Both the position numbers and the translations under genes were made by a program. A stretch of 34,311 nucleotides of DNA from Eubacteriales bacterium (GTDB lineage: Bacteria > Bacillota > Clostridia > Christensenellales > Aristaeellaceae): assembly GCA_031550455.1 (NCBI GenBank), contig JAVBOQ010000114.1, positions 1 to 34,311 on the forward strand, in the 5' to 3' direction. The notes under the pieces were generated by a model. That model was given only the letters and a program-made list of their open reading frames with translations, did no database searches and was not told the origin of the DNA. Positions 25,507-34,311 of the stretch are shown here, piece after piece (position 1 is the stretch's first letter; the number at the start of each line of letters is the position of its first letter).

Positions 25507-27621
25507 ATGCGCTTGACCATGCCGGGGATGATCGTACGAAAGCGACTGATCTGGCTGGCGGTGATCATCACCTTTCTTTTTTTCGCGGTTCTTATCCGCG
25601 TGGGAAGGCTGACCACCGTCGATGCCGCCGAGCTGACGCGCCGGGGCGAGCGGCAATGGACGCGCGCGGGCGTCGTCACGGCCGACCGCGGCGCGATCTA
25701 TGACCGGAACGGCCAGGTGCTCGCGCGGAACGCGACCGCGTACATCGTGACCGCCGCGCCGAGGCTGGTGCGCGATCCGGAGGCGCTTTGCGATCTGCTG
25801 TGCCCGCTGCTCGGCATATCGCGCGAAGAGACGCTGAAAAAGCTCTCGGACAAGTCTGTCGGGTCGGTCACGCTCAAGCGCCGGGTGACGCGCGACCTTG
25901 TCGACGCGATCCGCGACCTCGCCTCGGAAAAGAAAGGCGCGCTCGCCGGCGTCACGTTCGACCAGGACAGCGTCCGGTTCTATCCGTTCGGCACGGCGTT
26001 ATCCCAGGTCATCGGGCTGACGACGATCGACGGGGAGGGGCAATCGGGGCTGGAACGGCAGTATGACAAGCTGCTCGCCGGAACGCCCGGCAGCATCGTC
26101 ACCGAGGTGGACGCGAAGGCGCGGACGCTGCCGGGCGGCGAATCCGTCTATATACCGGCGACGGAGGGCGAGGACATCAGGCTGACGATCGACAGCACGA
26201 TCCAGTCGTTTGTCGAGAAAGCGCTGCGCGAGTGCCTCGCGGTCAACGGCGCACGGCGCGTGATGGCGATCGTGATGGATCCGAACACCTGCGCGGTGCT
26301 CGCGATGGCGATGCACCCGTCGTTTGACCCGAACGAGCCGCCGCGGTCGGACATGGCCGCGCTGATGGACGGCATGCGGATTCAACTGATCTCGGACGTG
26401 TACGAACCCGGATCGACGTTCAAGATCCTGACCTCGTCGGCGGCGATCGACTGTGGCGTGACAAACCCGAAGGATCCGTTCTACTGTTCGGGATCGATTG
26501 TCGTGGATGGGGACAAGATACGCTGCTGGAAGAATTCGCACGGCGCGGAGACGATGGCGCAGGCGCTTTGCAACTCGTGCAACCCGGTCTTCACGGAGCT
26601 TGCGCTCAGGCTCGGCACCGAGCGGCTGTATCAGTACCTGTACGCGTTCGGGCTGGGCAAGCAGACCGGGATTGACCTGCCGGGCGAGAGCAACGGGCTG
26701 CTGATCAACAAAAAGTATGTCAAGAACGTTGATCTGGCGCGGATCGGGTTCGGGCAGAGCGTCACGGTGACGCCGCTGCAGATGATCACGGCGGCCTGCG
26801 CGGTGGTCAACGGCGGGCGGCTGATGCGGCCGTACATCGTGTCCGAGGTGGTCGGGCAAGACGGCGAGGTGCTCGAGCGCACGTCGCCGAAGGTGATCTC
26901 CACGCCGATCACCGAGGAGACCAGCCGGACGATGCGCGAGCTGCTCGAGGCGGTCGTCCGGGACGGCGGCGGGCGCAACGCCGCGGTCGAAGGGTACCGC
27001 GTCAGCGGCAAGACCGGCACCGCGCAGGTCTACAAGGACGGCAAAATCGTCCATGACGTGCACATCGGTTCGTTCGTCGGGTTCGCGCCCGCAGACAATC
27101 CAAAGGTCGCGGTGCTGGTGATCGTCGACGAGGCAAAGCTGATGCCCGACTACGGCAACACGACCGCCGCGCCGTTCGCGCGGCAGATCCTGGCCGACAC
27201 GCTGGCCTATCTTCAGATTCCGCCGGACGGAACGACGGAGACGAAGATGACAACGGTGCCGAATGTGACCGGAATACCGGTCGCCGAGGCGAGGCAGGCG
27301 GTCAAGGCCGCGGGCCTTATGTCGGAAACGGACGGCGACGATCCGATCGTCCTGTCGCAAATGCCCGCGCCGGGCGCCGTCATGGCCGAGAAATCGCTCG
27401 TGATGCTGTACGTTTCGGGCGAAGCGCCGCCGGACGCGCAGGCGTTCGTGCTGGTGCCGGATGTGTCCGGCCTTTCGATCATCGATGCGAGCCGGCAGCT
27501 CCGCGCGCGGAACCTGACGCTTGAGATTGACGGCAGCGGCCTCGCGGTCTCACAGCGGCCCGCTGCGGACACGTTCGTCGCGCCGGGCAGCACGGTTACG
27601 GTCGTCTTTCGGGCGAGGTAA
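25507..27621 (+). CDS. Class B penicillin-binding protein (FtsI/PBP2B/SpoVD family) with two C-terminal PASTA domains
   Basis: 704 aa. N-terminal TM; transpeptidase motifs STFK, SNS-like (CNSCN) and KTGT; two PASTA repeats (VPNVTGIPVAEARQAV..., VPDVSGLSIIDASRQL...). The start could instead be ATG 25519 or 25528. Confidence 0.92.
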   Translation: MRLTMPGMIVRKRLIWLAVIITFLFFAVLIRVGRLTTVDAAELTRRGERQWTRAGVVTADRGAIYDRNGQVLARNATAYIVTAAPRLVRDPEALCDLLCPLLGISREETLKKLSDKSVGSVTLKRRVTRDLVDAIRDLASEKKGALAGVTFDQDSVRFYPFGTALSQVIGLTTIDGEGQSGLERQYDKLLAGTPGSIVTEVDAKARTLPGGESVYIPATEGEDIRLTIDSTIQSFVEKALRECLAVNGARRVMAIVMDPNTCAVLAMAMHPSFDPNEPPRSDMAALMDGMRIQLISDVYEPGSTFKILTSSAAIDCGVTNPKDPFYCSGSIVVDGDKIRCWKNSHGAETMAQALCNSCNPVFTELALRLGTERLYQYLYAFGLGKQTGIDLPGESNGLLINKKYVKNVDLARIGFGQSVTVTPLQMITAACAVVNGGRLMRPYIVSEVVGQDGEVLERTSPKVISTPITEETSRTMRELLEAVVRDGGGRNAAVEGYRVSGKTGTAQVYKDGKIVHDVHIGSFVGFAPADNPKVAVLVIVDEAKLMPDYGNTTAAPFARQILADTLAYLQIPPDGTTETKMTTVPNVTGIPVAEARQAVKAAGLMSETDGDDPIVLSQMPAPGAVMAEKSLVMLYVSGEAPPDAQAFVLVPDVSGLSIIDASRQLRARNLTLEIDGSGLAVSQRPAADTFVAPGSTVTVVFRAR

Positions 27622-27657
27622 TCAAAAAGGCGCTACACTCATGTCGGAGGTTTCACC

Positions 27658-29136
27658 ATGACGCTTCGGGAATTGGCGGCGGAAACGCCTGGTTTGATCG
27701 GGATTGCCGGGAACACGGACGTACAGATTGCGCGGCTTTGCGCCGACACGCGCCGGACGGGCGAGCTGCCGGGCAGCCTGTTTTTCTGCATTTCGGGCGC
27801 GTTGTTTGACGGGTATCGCTTCGCGAAGGCCGCTGTGGAACAGGGCGCGGCCGCGCTGGCCGTTGAGCGGCTGATTCCGGACCTTGACATTCCGCAGATA
27901 CAGGTCGAAAACATCCGGTCGGCGATGGCGCACATCGCGGGCGCGTTCTATGGCCATCCGGCGCGAAAGCTCCGGATGTTTGCGGTCACCGGCACAAAGG
28001 GCAAGACGACGACCTCGTATCTTGTCAAGGCGGTTCTGGAGCGGATGGGCGTGTTGTGCGGGCTGATCGGCACGATCGGCAACATGATCGGGCAGCGCGT
28101 GCTGAAATCCGCGCTGACGACGCCCGACCCGATCGACCTGCACGCGGTGCTCGCGGAGATGGTCGCGGAAGGCGTGCAGGCGGTCGTCATGGAGGCGTCC
28201 GCGCACGCGCTGGCGATGCACCGGCTGGACGGCATTCAGTTCGAAGGCGCGGCGTACACGAACCTGTCGCAGGATCATCTGGATTACTTCCGCACGATGG
28301 CCGCGTACGCGGCGGCCAAGAAAAAGCTGTTCACGCCCGAGCGGTCGCGGAACTGCGCGTTTAACCTCGACGAGGAGACGACGCAACTGATGCTGGACGG
28401 GCTGACGCTGCCGTACGTGACGTTCGGTATCCGCGCGAACGCGGACATTTACGCGCGGGACATTGAAATTTTCGAAACCGGCGTATCGTTCGTCATGCGG
28501 CTAAAAGGCATGCTCGAAACGCCGGTCAACCTGCACCTGACCGGCATGTTCAACGTTTACAACGCGCTGACCGCCGCGGCGCTCGGCATGATCGCGGGCG
28601 CGACGATGGAGCAGATCCGCGAAGGGCTGGAATCGATCCGGTCGGTGCCGGGCCGAGCGGAAGTGCTCGACACGGCGACGCCGTACAAGGTCATACTCGA
28701 CTATTCCCACGTGCCCGCCGCGCTTGAAAACATCCTGACCGTCGTGCGCGGGTTTACGCGCGGCCGCGTCATCGCGCTGTTCGGCTGCGGCGGCGACCGC
28801 GACCGTGAAAAGCGCCCGATGATGGGCGAAATCGGCGGGCGGCTGGCCGATTTTTCGATCCTGACCAGCGACAACGCCCGAAATGAGAACCCGTACGACA
28901 TCCTCGAGATGGTAGAGGAGGGCATCCGGCCGACCGGCGGCGCGTACTGCGTCATCGAGGACCGGCGCGAGGCGATCCGCCGCGCGCTTTCGATGGCCCG
29001 GGAAGGCGACGTCATCGTGCTGGCCGGAAAGGGACACGAAACCTATCAGGAGGTGCGCGGCGTCAAACAGCCGTTCGACGAGAAGCTGATCGTCGCGGAA
29101 CTCCTGGCCGAAACGGAGCAGAATACGGAGGCATAA
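27658..29136 (+). CDS. murE: UDP-N-acetylmuramoyl-L-alanyl-D-glutamate--2,6-diaminopimelate ligase
   Basis: 492 aa. GTKGKTTT P-loop, Mur ligase central and C-terminal domains, and a DNAR variant of the DNPR motif. Confidence 0.94.
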   Translation: MTLRELAAETPGLIGIAGNTDVQIARLCADTRRTGELPGSLFFCISGALFDGYRFAKAAVEQGAAALAVERLIPDLDIPQIQVENIRSAMAHIAGAFYGHPARKLRMFAVTGTKGKTTTSYLVKAVLERMGVLCGLIGTIGNMIGQRVLKSALTTPDPIDLHAVLAEMVAEGVQAVVMEASAHALAMHRLDGIQFEGAAYTNLSQDHLDYFRTMAAYAAAKKKLFTPERSRNCAFNLDEETTQLMLDGLTLPYVTFGIRANADIYARDIEIFETGVSFVMRLKGMLETPVNLHLTGMFNVYNALTAAALGMIAGATMEQIREGLESIRSVPGRAEVLDTATPYKVILDYSHVPAALENILTVVRGFTRGRVIALFGCGGDRDREKRPMMGEIGGRLADFSILTSDNARNENPYDILEMVEEGIRPTGGAYCVIEDRREAIRRALSMAREGDVIVLAGKGHETYQEVRGVKQPFDEKLIVAELLAETEQNTEA

Positions 29137-29139
29137 CGC

Positions 29140-30153
29140 ATGCAAAGGATGGTATGGGCGGTGCTGGCCGCGTTCGCGGCGGCGCTCGCGCTCGGCCCGT
29201 GGATGATCAGTCAGTTGCGCAAGCTTAAGTTCGGCCAGAACGTGTACGAGCTCGCGCCGGAAACGCACAAGAAAAAGCAGGGCACGCCAACGATGGGCGG
29301 GCTGCTCTTCGCGCTGGTCGCGCTGGTCGTCGGGTTCGCGTTCCGTATCGGCGGGTTCGCCATCGGCACCGACATGGCGGTCGCGCTGGCCGTGTTCTCG
29401 CTTTTCAATCTGGTCATCGGGTTTCTGGACGATTTCAAAAAAATACGCTCAAAGAAGAACACCGGCGGCCTGTCGGAAGGGCAAAAGCTGATCGGGCAAT
29501 TCATCTTTGCCACGGCGTTCTCCGCGTACTGCTTCTACCATCCGGAGATCGGCTCCGCGATTCATGTGCCGTTTTTCAACGTGACATGGGATCTCGGCTG
29601 GTTCTACATCCCGGTGATGGTCTTCATCATTATCTGCACGACGAACGGCGCGAACCTGCTCGACGGGCTCGACGGGCTGCTGGGCAGCGTTTCGAGCGTC
29701 GTCATGGCGTTCTTCGCGATCCTCGCGCTGCTGACCGCGACTGCGCTGTCCGGCGGCGCGGCGCAGGACAACCTGCTCAATGTCGGGCTGCTCTGCACGG
29801 CCGCGTGCGGCGCGCTGCTTGGGTATCTGCGGTTTAACCTGCACCCGGCGCAGGTGATCATGGGCGACACCGGTTCGATGTTCCTGGGCGGCATGACGGT
29901 CGGCGCGGCGATGCTGCTCAAACAGCCGTTGATCCTGCCGCTGGTCGCCGGTGCGTACGCCGCGTCGCTGCTGTCGGTGTTCCTGCAGCGGATGTATTTC
30001 AAGGCGACGCACGGCAAGCGCATCTTCAAAATGTCGCCGCTGCACCATCATTTTGAGCTGTCCGGCGTGCCGGAAACCCGGATCGTCTCGATGTACGCGA
30101 TCGTGACCGTCGTGCTGTGCCTGATCGCGTTCCTGGGCGTCGGACAGGGTTAG
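29140..30153 (+). CDS. mraY: Phospho-N-acetylmuramoyl-pentapeptide transferase
   Basis: 337 aa. KKQGTPTMGG, NGANLLDGLDGL, MGDTGSMFLGG and PLHHHFEL motifs. Confidence 0.95.
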   Translation: MQRMVWAVLAAFAAALALGPWMISQLRKLKFGQNVYELAPETHKKKQGTPTMGGLLFALVALVVGFAFRIGGFAIGTDMAVALAVFSLFNLVIGFLDDFKKIRSKKNTGGLSEGQKLIGQFIFATAFSAYCFYHPEIGSAIHVPFFNVTWDLGWFYIPVMVFIIICTTNGANLLDGLDGLLGSVSSVVMAFFAILALLTATALSGGAAQDNLLNVGLLCTAACGALLGYLRFNLHPAQVIMGDTGSMFLGGMTVGAAMLLKQPLILPLVAGAYAASLLSVFLQRMYFKATHGKRIFKMSPLHHHFELSGVPETRIVSMYAIVTVVLCLIAFLGVGQG

Positions 30154-30200
30154 GGATTTGCGTGGGATACCGGAAGGTGTCGCGATGAGAGGGCAATGCG

Positions 30201-31550
30201 ATGAATGAAGCTTTTTCGGGCAAACGCGCGCTGGTCGTCGGCATGGCCAGAAGCGGGATCGCGGCCGCGCGGATGCTTGCGGCATTGGGCGCATGTCCGG
30301 TGCTCAGCGACGCGAAGGCGCGCGTGGACGGAGTCGAGCAGCTTGACGGTCTCGGCTGTGAGGCGCGGCTCGGCGTGCCGTCCGAATCGCTTGTGGAAGG
30401 CTGCGCGCTGGTCGTCGTCAGCCCCGCCGTGCCGCCGGACGCGCCGGTGATCCGGGAGGCCGCGCGCCTTTCGGTGCCGGTCGTCGCGGAGCTTGAGCTT
30501 GCCGCCCGCCTGACCAAGGGAACGCAGATCGCGATCACCGGCACCAACGGCAAAACGACGACCTGCGCGCTGACCGCGGAGATCCTCAAACAGGCCGGCA
30601 AGGACGCGTGCGCCGCCGGGAATATCGGGCTGCCGCTGTCCGCCGTCGCGCTCAAAACCACCGAGGACAGCTTCACCGTCATCGAGGTGTCCAGCTTTCA
30701 ATTGGAACATATGCCGGCGTTCCATCCGTGCGGCGTGGCGATCCTGAACCTGACGCCGGATCACTTGAACCGCCACGGGTCGATGGAGGCGTACGGCGCG
30801 CTGAAAGAAGGCATGCTGCGCAACCAAACACCGGACGACTTTTATGTGTACAACGCGGACGACGCGTTCTGCGCCGCCGTCGCGGCCCGCGCGAGGGCGA
30901 AGACCGTGCCTTTCTCCCGGACGCGGGCGCTTTCAAAAGGCGCGTGGGTCGAGGACGGGCAGATCGTTGTCAACGGGCGCGCGCTCTGCGCCGCGGGCGA
31001 GCTGAGCCTGCCCGGGCCGCACAACCTGGAAAACGCGCTGGCCGCGTCCGCGATCGCGTCGATGCTTGACGTGCCGCCGCCGGTGATCCGGCACGCGCTG
31101 CGCAGCTTCCAGGGCGTCGAGCACCGGATGGAGCCGGTGCGCACGGTCGGCGGCGTCCGGTTCATCAACGACAGCAAGGCGACGAACCCGGAATCCTCCA
31201 TTCCGGCGATCAACGGCATGCGGGAGCCGACGGTGATCATCCTGGGCGGCGAGGACAAGGGCATGCGGTTTGACGCGCTGGCCGAGGCCATCCGCCAGAA
31301 TCCGAACATCCGGCACGCGGTTCTGATCGGCCGCACCGCGCGGACGATTCAGGCCGCGCTGGATACCGTCGGGTACGCCGCCTATACCCACGCCGGCACG
31401 GACTTTGAAAAGGCCGTGCGTCTGGCGCGCGACCTAGCGGCAGGCTGCGGAGCGGTGCTTTTGTCGCCCGCGTGCGCCAGCTTTGACATGTTCAAGGATT
31501 TCGAGGCGCGCGGGCGCGCTTTTAAGGAGATTGTCGCGGCGATGCGCTGA
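30201..31550 (+). CDS. murD: UDP-N-acetylmuramoylalanine--D-glutamate ligase
   Basis: 449 aa. N-terminal Rossmann VVGMARSGIAAAR, GTNGKTTT, and the DSKATNP motif. Confidence 0.95.
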   Translation: MNEAFSGKRALVVGMARSGIAAARMLAALGACPVLSDAKARVDGVEQLDGLGCEARLGVPSESLVEGCALVVVSPAVPPDAPVIREAARLSVPVVAELELAARLTKGTQIAITGTNGKTTTCALTAEILKQAGKDACAAGNIGLPLSAVALKTTEDSFTVIEVSSFQLEHMPAFHPCGVAILNLTPDHLNRHGSMEAYGALKEGMLRNQTPDDFYVYNADDAFCAAVAARARAKTVPFSRTRALSKGAWVEDGQIVVNGRALCAAGELSLPGPHNLENALAASAIASMLDVPPPVIRHALRSFQGVEHRMEPVRTVGGVRFINDSKATNPESSIPAINGMREPTVIILGGEDKGMRFDALAEAIRQNPNIRHAVLIGRTARTIQAALDTVGYAAYTHAGTDFEKAVRLARDLAAGCGAVLLSPACASFDMFKDFEARGRAFKEIVAAMR

Positions 31551-31623
31551 GCGGACGGCATAAACGCTATCCAATCCGCATAGGGATACCCATTCCGATC
31601 GCTGGTCAGGAAGGGGATCGCCG

Positions 31624-32775
31624 ATGCTGCGCCAGACCGCCGTGAAAGCCAAATTTTTCCCTGGCGCGAGAACCGGCCGCCGCGTGGACACGCGGGTGCT
31701 GGTTCTTTTGTTGCTCCTTTTGATGGCGGGGCTTGTCGCGCTGTTCAGCGCCAGCTACTATACGTTTCAGGATTCCGGCGACGCGTTTCAAAAAGTGCGC
31801 CAACAGATGTTCGGCATCGCGCTCGGCGCGGTGGCGATGTTTGTGTTAAGCCGCGTCGATTACCATCTGCTGCAAAACCCGTTGGCCGTTCTGGCCGGGC
31901 TTGCGGCCAGCGCGGTGCTGCTCGTGTTGGTGGTCATACCCGGCGTCGGCGTGCTGGCGAACGGGTCGCGCAGGTGGCTGAACTTAGGCGGGATGAGCTT
32001 TCAGCCGTCCGAGTTCGCCAAATTCGCGATGGTCTTGTTCATGGCGAACGCGCTGACCAATAAAGGCAAGCGCGTTCGCAAGTTTTTTTCCGGCATTCTG
32101 CCGGTTTTGCTGGTGCCCGGCGCGATGTTTCTGCTAATACTGGAGCAGCCGAACCTGTCGACGGCCGGCAGCATCTTGATCGTTGCGTTCGTGATGCTCG
32201 CGGTGGCGGGCGCGCGTGTGCCGCACCTCGGCGCGCTCGGCGCAATGGGGCTCGCGGTCGGCGCGTTTTACGCGTGGAGCGAGCCGTACCGGCGCGAGCG
32301 GCTGCTGTCGTTCCGCGCTCCGTTCGCGCAGATGAGCGACGAGGGCTATCAGCTATCGCAATCGCTGATCGCGTTCGGTTCCGGCGGCCTGTTCGGCATG
32401 GGCTTGGGACAGGGCCGCCAAAAGACCGCGTACCTGCCTTATCCCGAGTCGGACTTTATCTTCGCCTCCATCGCCGAGGACTTCGGCCTGTTCGGCTGCG
32501 CCGTCGTCATTCTGCTGTTCGTCGCGTTCGTCTACGCGGGTCTGCGCGTCGCGTTGCGCTGCCCGGACAAATTCGGCAGCCTGCTCGCCGCGGGCATCAC
32601 CGCGATGATCGGCGTGCAGGCGTTCCTGAACATGGGCGTTGTCGTGGGCCTTTTGCCGACGACCGGGCTGCCGCTGCCGTTCTTCAGCGCCGGCGGCACG
32701 TCGGTCAGCATCTTCATGGCCGCGGTCGGCGTGCTTTTGAGCATTTCAAGGGAGGACGAGATGCGGGTGAGGTAG
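31624..32775 (+). CDS. ftsW: SEDS-family peptidoglycan glycosyltransferase FtsW/SpoVE
   Basis: 383 aa, about 10 TM. QPSEFAKF, PESDFIFA and GLLPTTGLPLPFFSAGGTS motifs. Confidence 0.92.
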   Translation: MLRQTAVKAKFFPGARTGRRVDTRVLVLLLLLLMAGLVALFSASYYTFQDSGDAFQKVRQQMFGIALGAVAMFVLSRVDYHLLQNPLAVLAGLAASAVLLVLVVIPGVGVLANGSRRWLNLGGMSFQPSEFAKFAMVLFMANALTNKGKRVRKFFSGILPVLLVPGAMFLLILEQPNLSTAGSILIVAFVMLAVAGARVPHLGALGAMGLAVGAFYAWSEPYRRERLLSFRAPFAQMSDEGYQLSQSLIAFGSGGLFGMGLGQGRQKTAYLPYPESDFIFASIAEDFGLFGCAVVILLFVAFVYAGLRVALRCPDKFGSLLAAGITAMIGVQAFLNMGVVVGLLPTTGLPLPFFSAGGTSVSIFMAAVGVLLSISREDEMRVR

Positions 32776-32960
32776 GGGACGCCGGAAGGCCCTGCCTACC
32801 GGATCTCCGCTTCCGGGCATTCGTGCTGAAGAATCCCTCCTTGGGGTTGAAACCAAACAAAACCCACCCCGCCGTGAGGCGAAAAAGACGGGATTCCAAA
32901 GAGCCGAAGGTCCTTTGGCACGGTCTGGGACGGAGTCCCAGCGTCTCCCTCCGTCCCTTT
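32772..32960 (-). repeat. Full-length MITE-like element (copy B), inverted relative to copy A
   Basis: The reverse complement aligns end to end with 10026-10212, for example ACGCTGGGACTCCGTCCCAGACC, TTTGGAATCCC, TTTTCGCCTCACGGCGG, GGGATTCTT and GCGTCCCCTAC. It begins GTAGGGGACGCC, whose TAG is the ftsW stop. Confidence 0.7.
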
Positions 32961-32964
32961 CGAA

Positions 32965-32992
32965 TTGACATTTCTCTTTTTCATGGTACGCT
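32965..32992 (+). promoter_or_regulatory. Putative promoter of the AraC-family gene
   Basis: TTGACA (32965-32970), 16-nt spacer, TGg-TACGCT extended -10 (32984-32992). The ATG lies 7 nt after the -10. Confidence 0.4.
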
Positions 32993-32998
32993 ACGCAC

Positions 32999-33787
32999 AT
33001 GCAAGGGTATTACGAAAACCATCGGGACGACATGGCGAACGCGCAAGCGTGGTACAAGCGCGACGACCGCTGCACGCCGCATTTTCACAACAGCGTGGAG
33101 CTGGTCTATGTATTGGAAGGCGTGCTGAAGGCGACGCTGGACGGCGAGGCGCTGCTGGTTCCCGCGGGCTCGCTGCTGCTCAATTCCAGCTACACCGTGC
33201 ATAGCTACGAGACGCCCGAGTCCTGTTATTCGGTTATCGTGATCATCCCGGCGGGCGTCGTGCCGTCGGTGCGCCAGATGATGAACCGCCAGTCGTTCGC
33301 GGCGCGTGTCTTCCCGGACGACGCGGCGGGCACGTTCCGCACGCTGTTCCGGATGATGGCGGATCACGGGGACAAGAACCCGCTGGCGCTCAAGGGACTG
33401 TGCTATGCCGCGCTGGGGCTTTTGATCGAACGCGTCGGGCTGGCGGAGGCGCGCCAGAGCGGCCGCGCGGCGTTCCTGCGCGATGTGCTGGACTACCTGC
33501 AACAGCGCCACACGGAGCCGCTGTCCGTGCAGAAGGTCGCGGATCACTTCGGATACAGCCGCAGCCGCTTCTCCCGCATCTTCAACGAGCACCTCGGCTA
33601 TCCGCTGGTCGAATACGTCAATTCGCTCCGCTGCCGCCACGCGGCGCAGCTGCTGCGAGAGGGCGACCTGCCCGTGACCGAAATCGCGATGGCGGTCGGG
33701 TTTGACAGCCTGCGCACGTTCTACCGCGCGTTCCAAAAACAATACAAATTGACACCCAACCGGTTCAGGAAAGGCGAACAGGCATAA
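32999..33787 (+). CDS. AraC-family transcriptional regulator (cupin sensor plus HTH)
   Basis: 262 aa. N-terminal cupin (HFHNSVELVYVLEG) and C-terminal double HTH (LSVQKVADHFGYSRSRFSRIF...PVTEIAMAVGFDSLRTFYRAFQKQY). Confidence 0.88.
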   Translation: MQGYYENHRDDMANAQAWYKRDDRCTPHFHNSVELVYVLEGVLKATLDGEALLVPAGSLLLNSSYTVHSYETPESCYSVIVIIPAGVVPSVRQMMNRQSFAARVFPDDAAGTFRTLFRMMADHGDKNPLALKGLCYAALGLLIERVGLAEARQSGRAAFLRDVLDYLQQRHTEPLSVQKVADHFGYSRSRFSRIFNEHLGYPLVEYVNSLRCRHAAQLLREGDLPVTEIAMAVGFDSLRTFYRAFQKQYKLTPNRFRKGEQA

Positions 33788-33882
33788 GATCCGACACAAA
33801 ACGGCACAATCGCGGTGTCGTTTGTCATGACAGCCCGTGCGCAAAGCGGTATACTGCACGGATGAAAGGATGGGTGAGTTTC

Positions 33883-34311
33883 ATGCAAAAGCGTCCGATC
33901 GCCTACCAGGTATACTCCGCGCGCGACGATGCGGAAAAAGACCTTGAGGCGACGCTGCAAAAGCTGGCGGCGATGGGCTATGACGGCGTCGAGTTTGCGG
34001 GCTTTTACGGCCACAGCGCCGACGATGTGCTGGCCATGCTGCAAAGGCATAACCTGCGCGCGATCTCAAGCCATGTTCCGCTGGCGCTGATCGAAAAGGA
34101 TATGTTCGGCACGATCGCGTACCACCAAAAAATCGGCTGTGCGTTCATCGCGATCCCGTATCTGGACGACCAGACGCGGCCCGGCGCGCCGGGTTTCGCG
34201 CGGACGCTGCGGAAAATCGCCACCTTCGGCAAGCTGTGCGCCGAGGCGGGCATCCAGCTTCTGTACCACAACCATGACTTTGAGTTCATCGATTTGTCGG
34301 GCCAGTTCGGG
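33883..34311 (+). CDS. Sugar phosphate isomerase/epimerase (xylose-isomerase-like TIM barrel), 3' end cut by the window
   Basis: My translation from ATG 33883 is MQKRPIAYQVYSARDDAEKDLEATLQKLAAMGYDGVEFAG...LLYHNHDFEF, open to nt 34311. It belongs to the same family as 21918..22676. It is absent from the ORF track because no stop lies inside the window. Confidence 0.78.
   Translation, partial: MQKRPIAYQVYSARDDAEKDLEATLQKLAAMGYDGVEFAGFYGHSADDVLAMLQRHNLRAISSHVPLALIEKDMFGTIAYHQKIGCAFIAIPYLDDQTRPGAPGFARTLRKIATFGKLCAEAGIQLLYHNHDFEFIDLSGQFG

Noticed and set aside
28870-28881. MurE carries DNAR instead of the canonical DNPR meso-DAP recognition motif
   Set aside because: The Asn and Arg that contact DAP are retained, and dapF and dapL are present in the same window. 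A change of amino-acid specificity is unlikely, so this is probably a neutral Pro-to-Ala variant.
10026-32960. Idea that the inverted copies A and B record a past 22.5-kb inversion
   Set aside because: Mentally re-inverting the segment does not restore any canonical neighbourhood. queA would not regain tgt and ftsW would not regain murG. The window therefore gives no support, and the idea is kept only as something long reads could test.
1-34311. Search for CRISPR arrays, tRNA/rRNA genes, prophage, toxin-antitoxin or defence-island genes
   Set aside because: I saw no spaced direct-repeat arrays, no tRNA-like cloverleaf candidates, no integrase, transposase or nuclease/ATPase defence-type ORFs. 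Apart from the accessory-looking modules described, all large ORFs are housekeeping.

Overview
High-GC Firmicute-like (probably Clostridia; taxon is an inference) chromosomal core region. I see no transposase, phage, CRISPR or recognisable defence genes. Gene order: recR (5' partial), a lipoprotein, dapF-dapL, a DUF1343/NamZ-like gene, a small membrane export protein, a secreted-type beta-helix protein, a convergent Zn-dehydrogenase, an ECF sigma/anti-sigma pair, ruvC-ruvA-ruvB-queA (minus strand), argG-argH, an MMPL transporter translationally coupled to a secreted YhgE/Pip-type heptad-repeat protein, an OmpR-type response regulator and histidine kinase, a minus-strand operon (TrmH-family methyltransferase, TIGR01440 protein, sugar-phosphate isomerase), a condensed dcw cluster (mraZ-ftsL-pbp-murE-mraY-murD-ftsW), an AraC regulator and a second isomerase (3' partial). 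The structure least explained by ordinary annotation is a family of GC-rich, hairpin-stacked, MITE-like intergenic elements with GGGGGACGC-type terminal inverted repeats and TA flanks. There are two roughly 187-189 bp copies in opposite orientation at 10.0 and 32.8 kb, an 86-bp short form, a composite copy and fragments. Their ends repeatedly coincide with gene stop codons. Other points worth a second look: the MMPL / heptad-repeat protein / two-component module; a beta-helix gene with a signal-peptide-like N-terminus but no canonical start codon; a dcw cluster lacking rsmH, murF and everything after ftsW; and an unexplained AT-rich 330-bp region upstream of mraZ. All product calls rest on motif recognition by eye. 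No database search was run.
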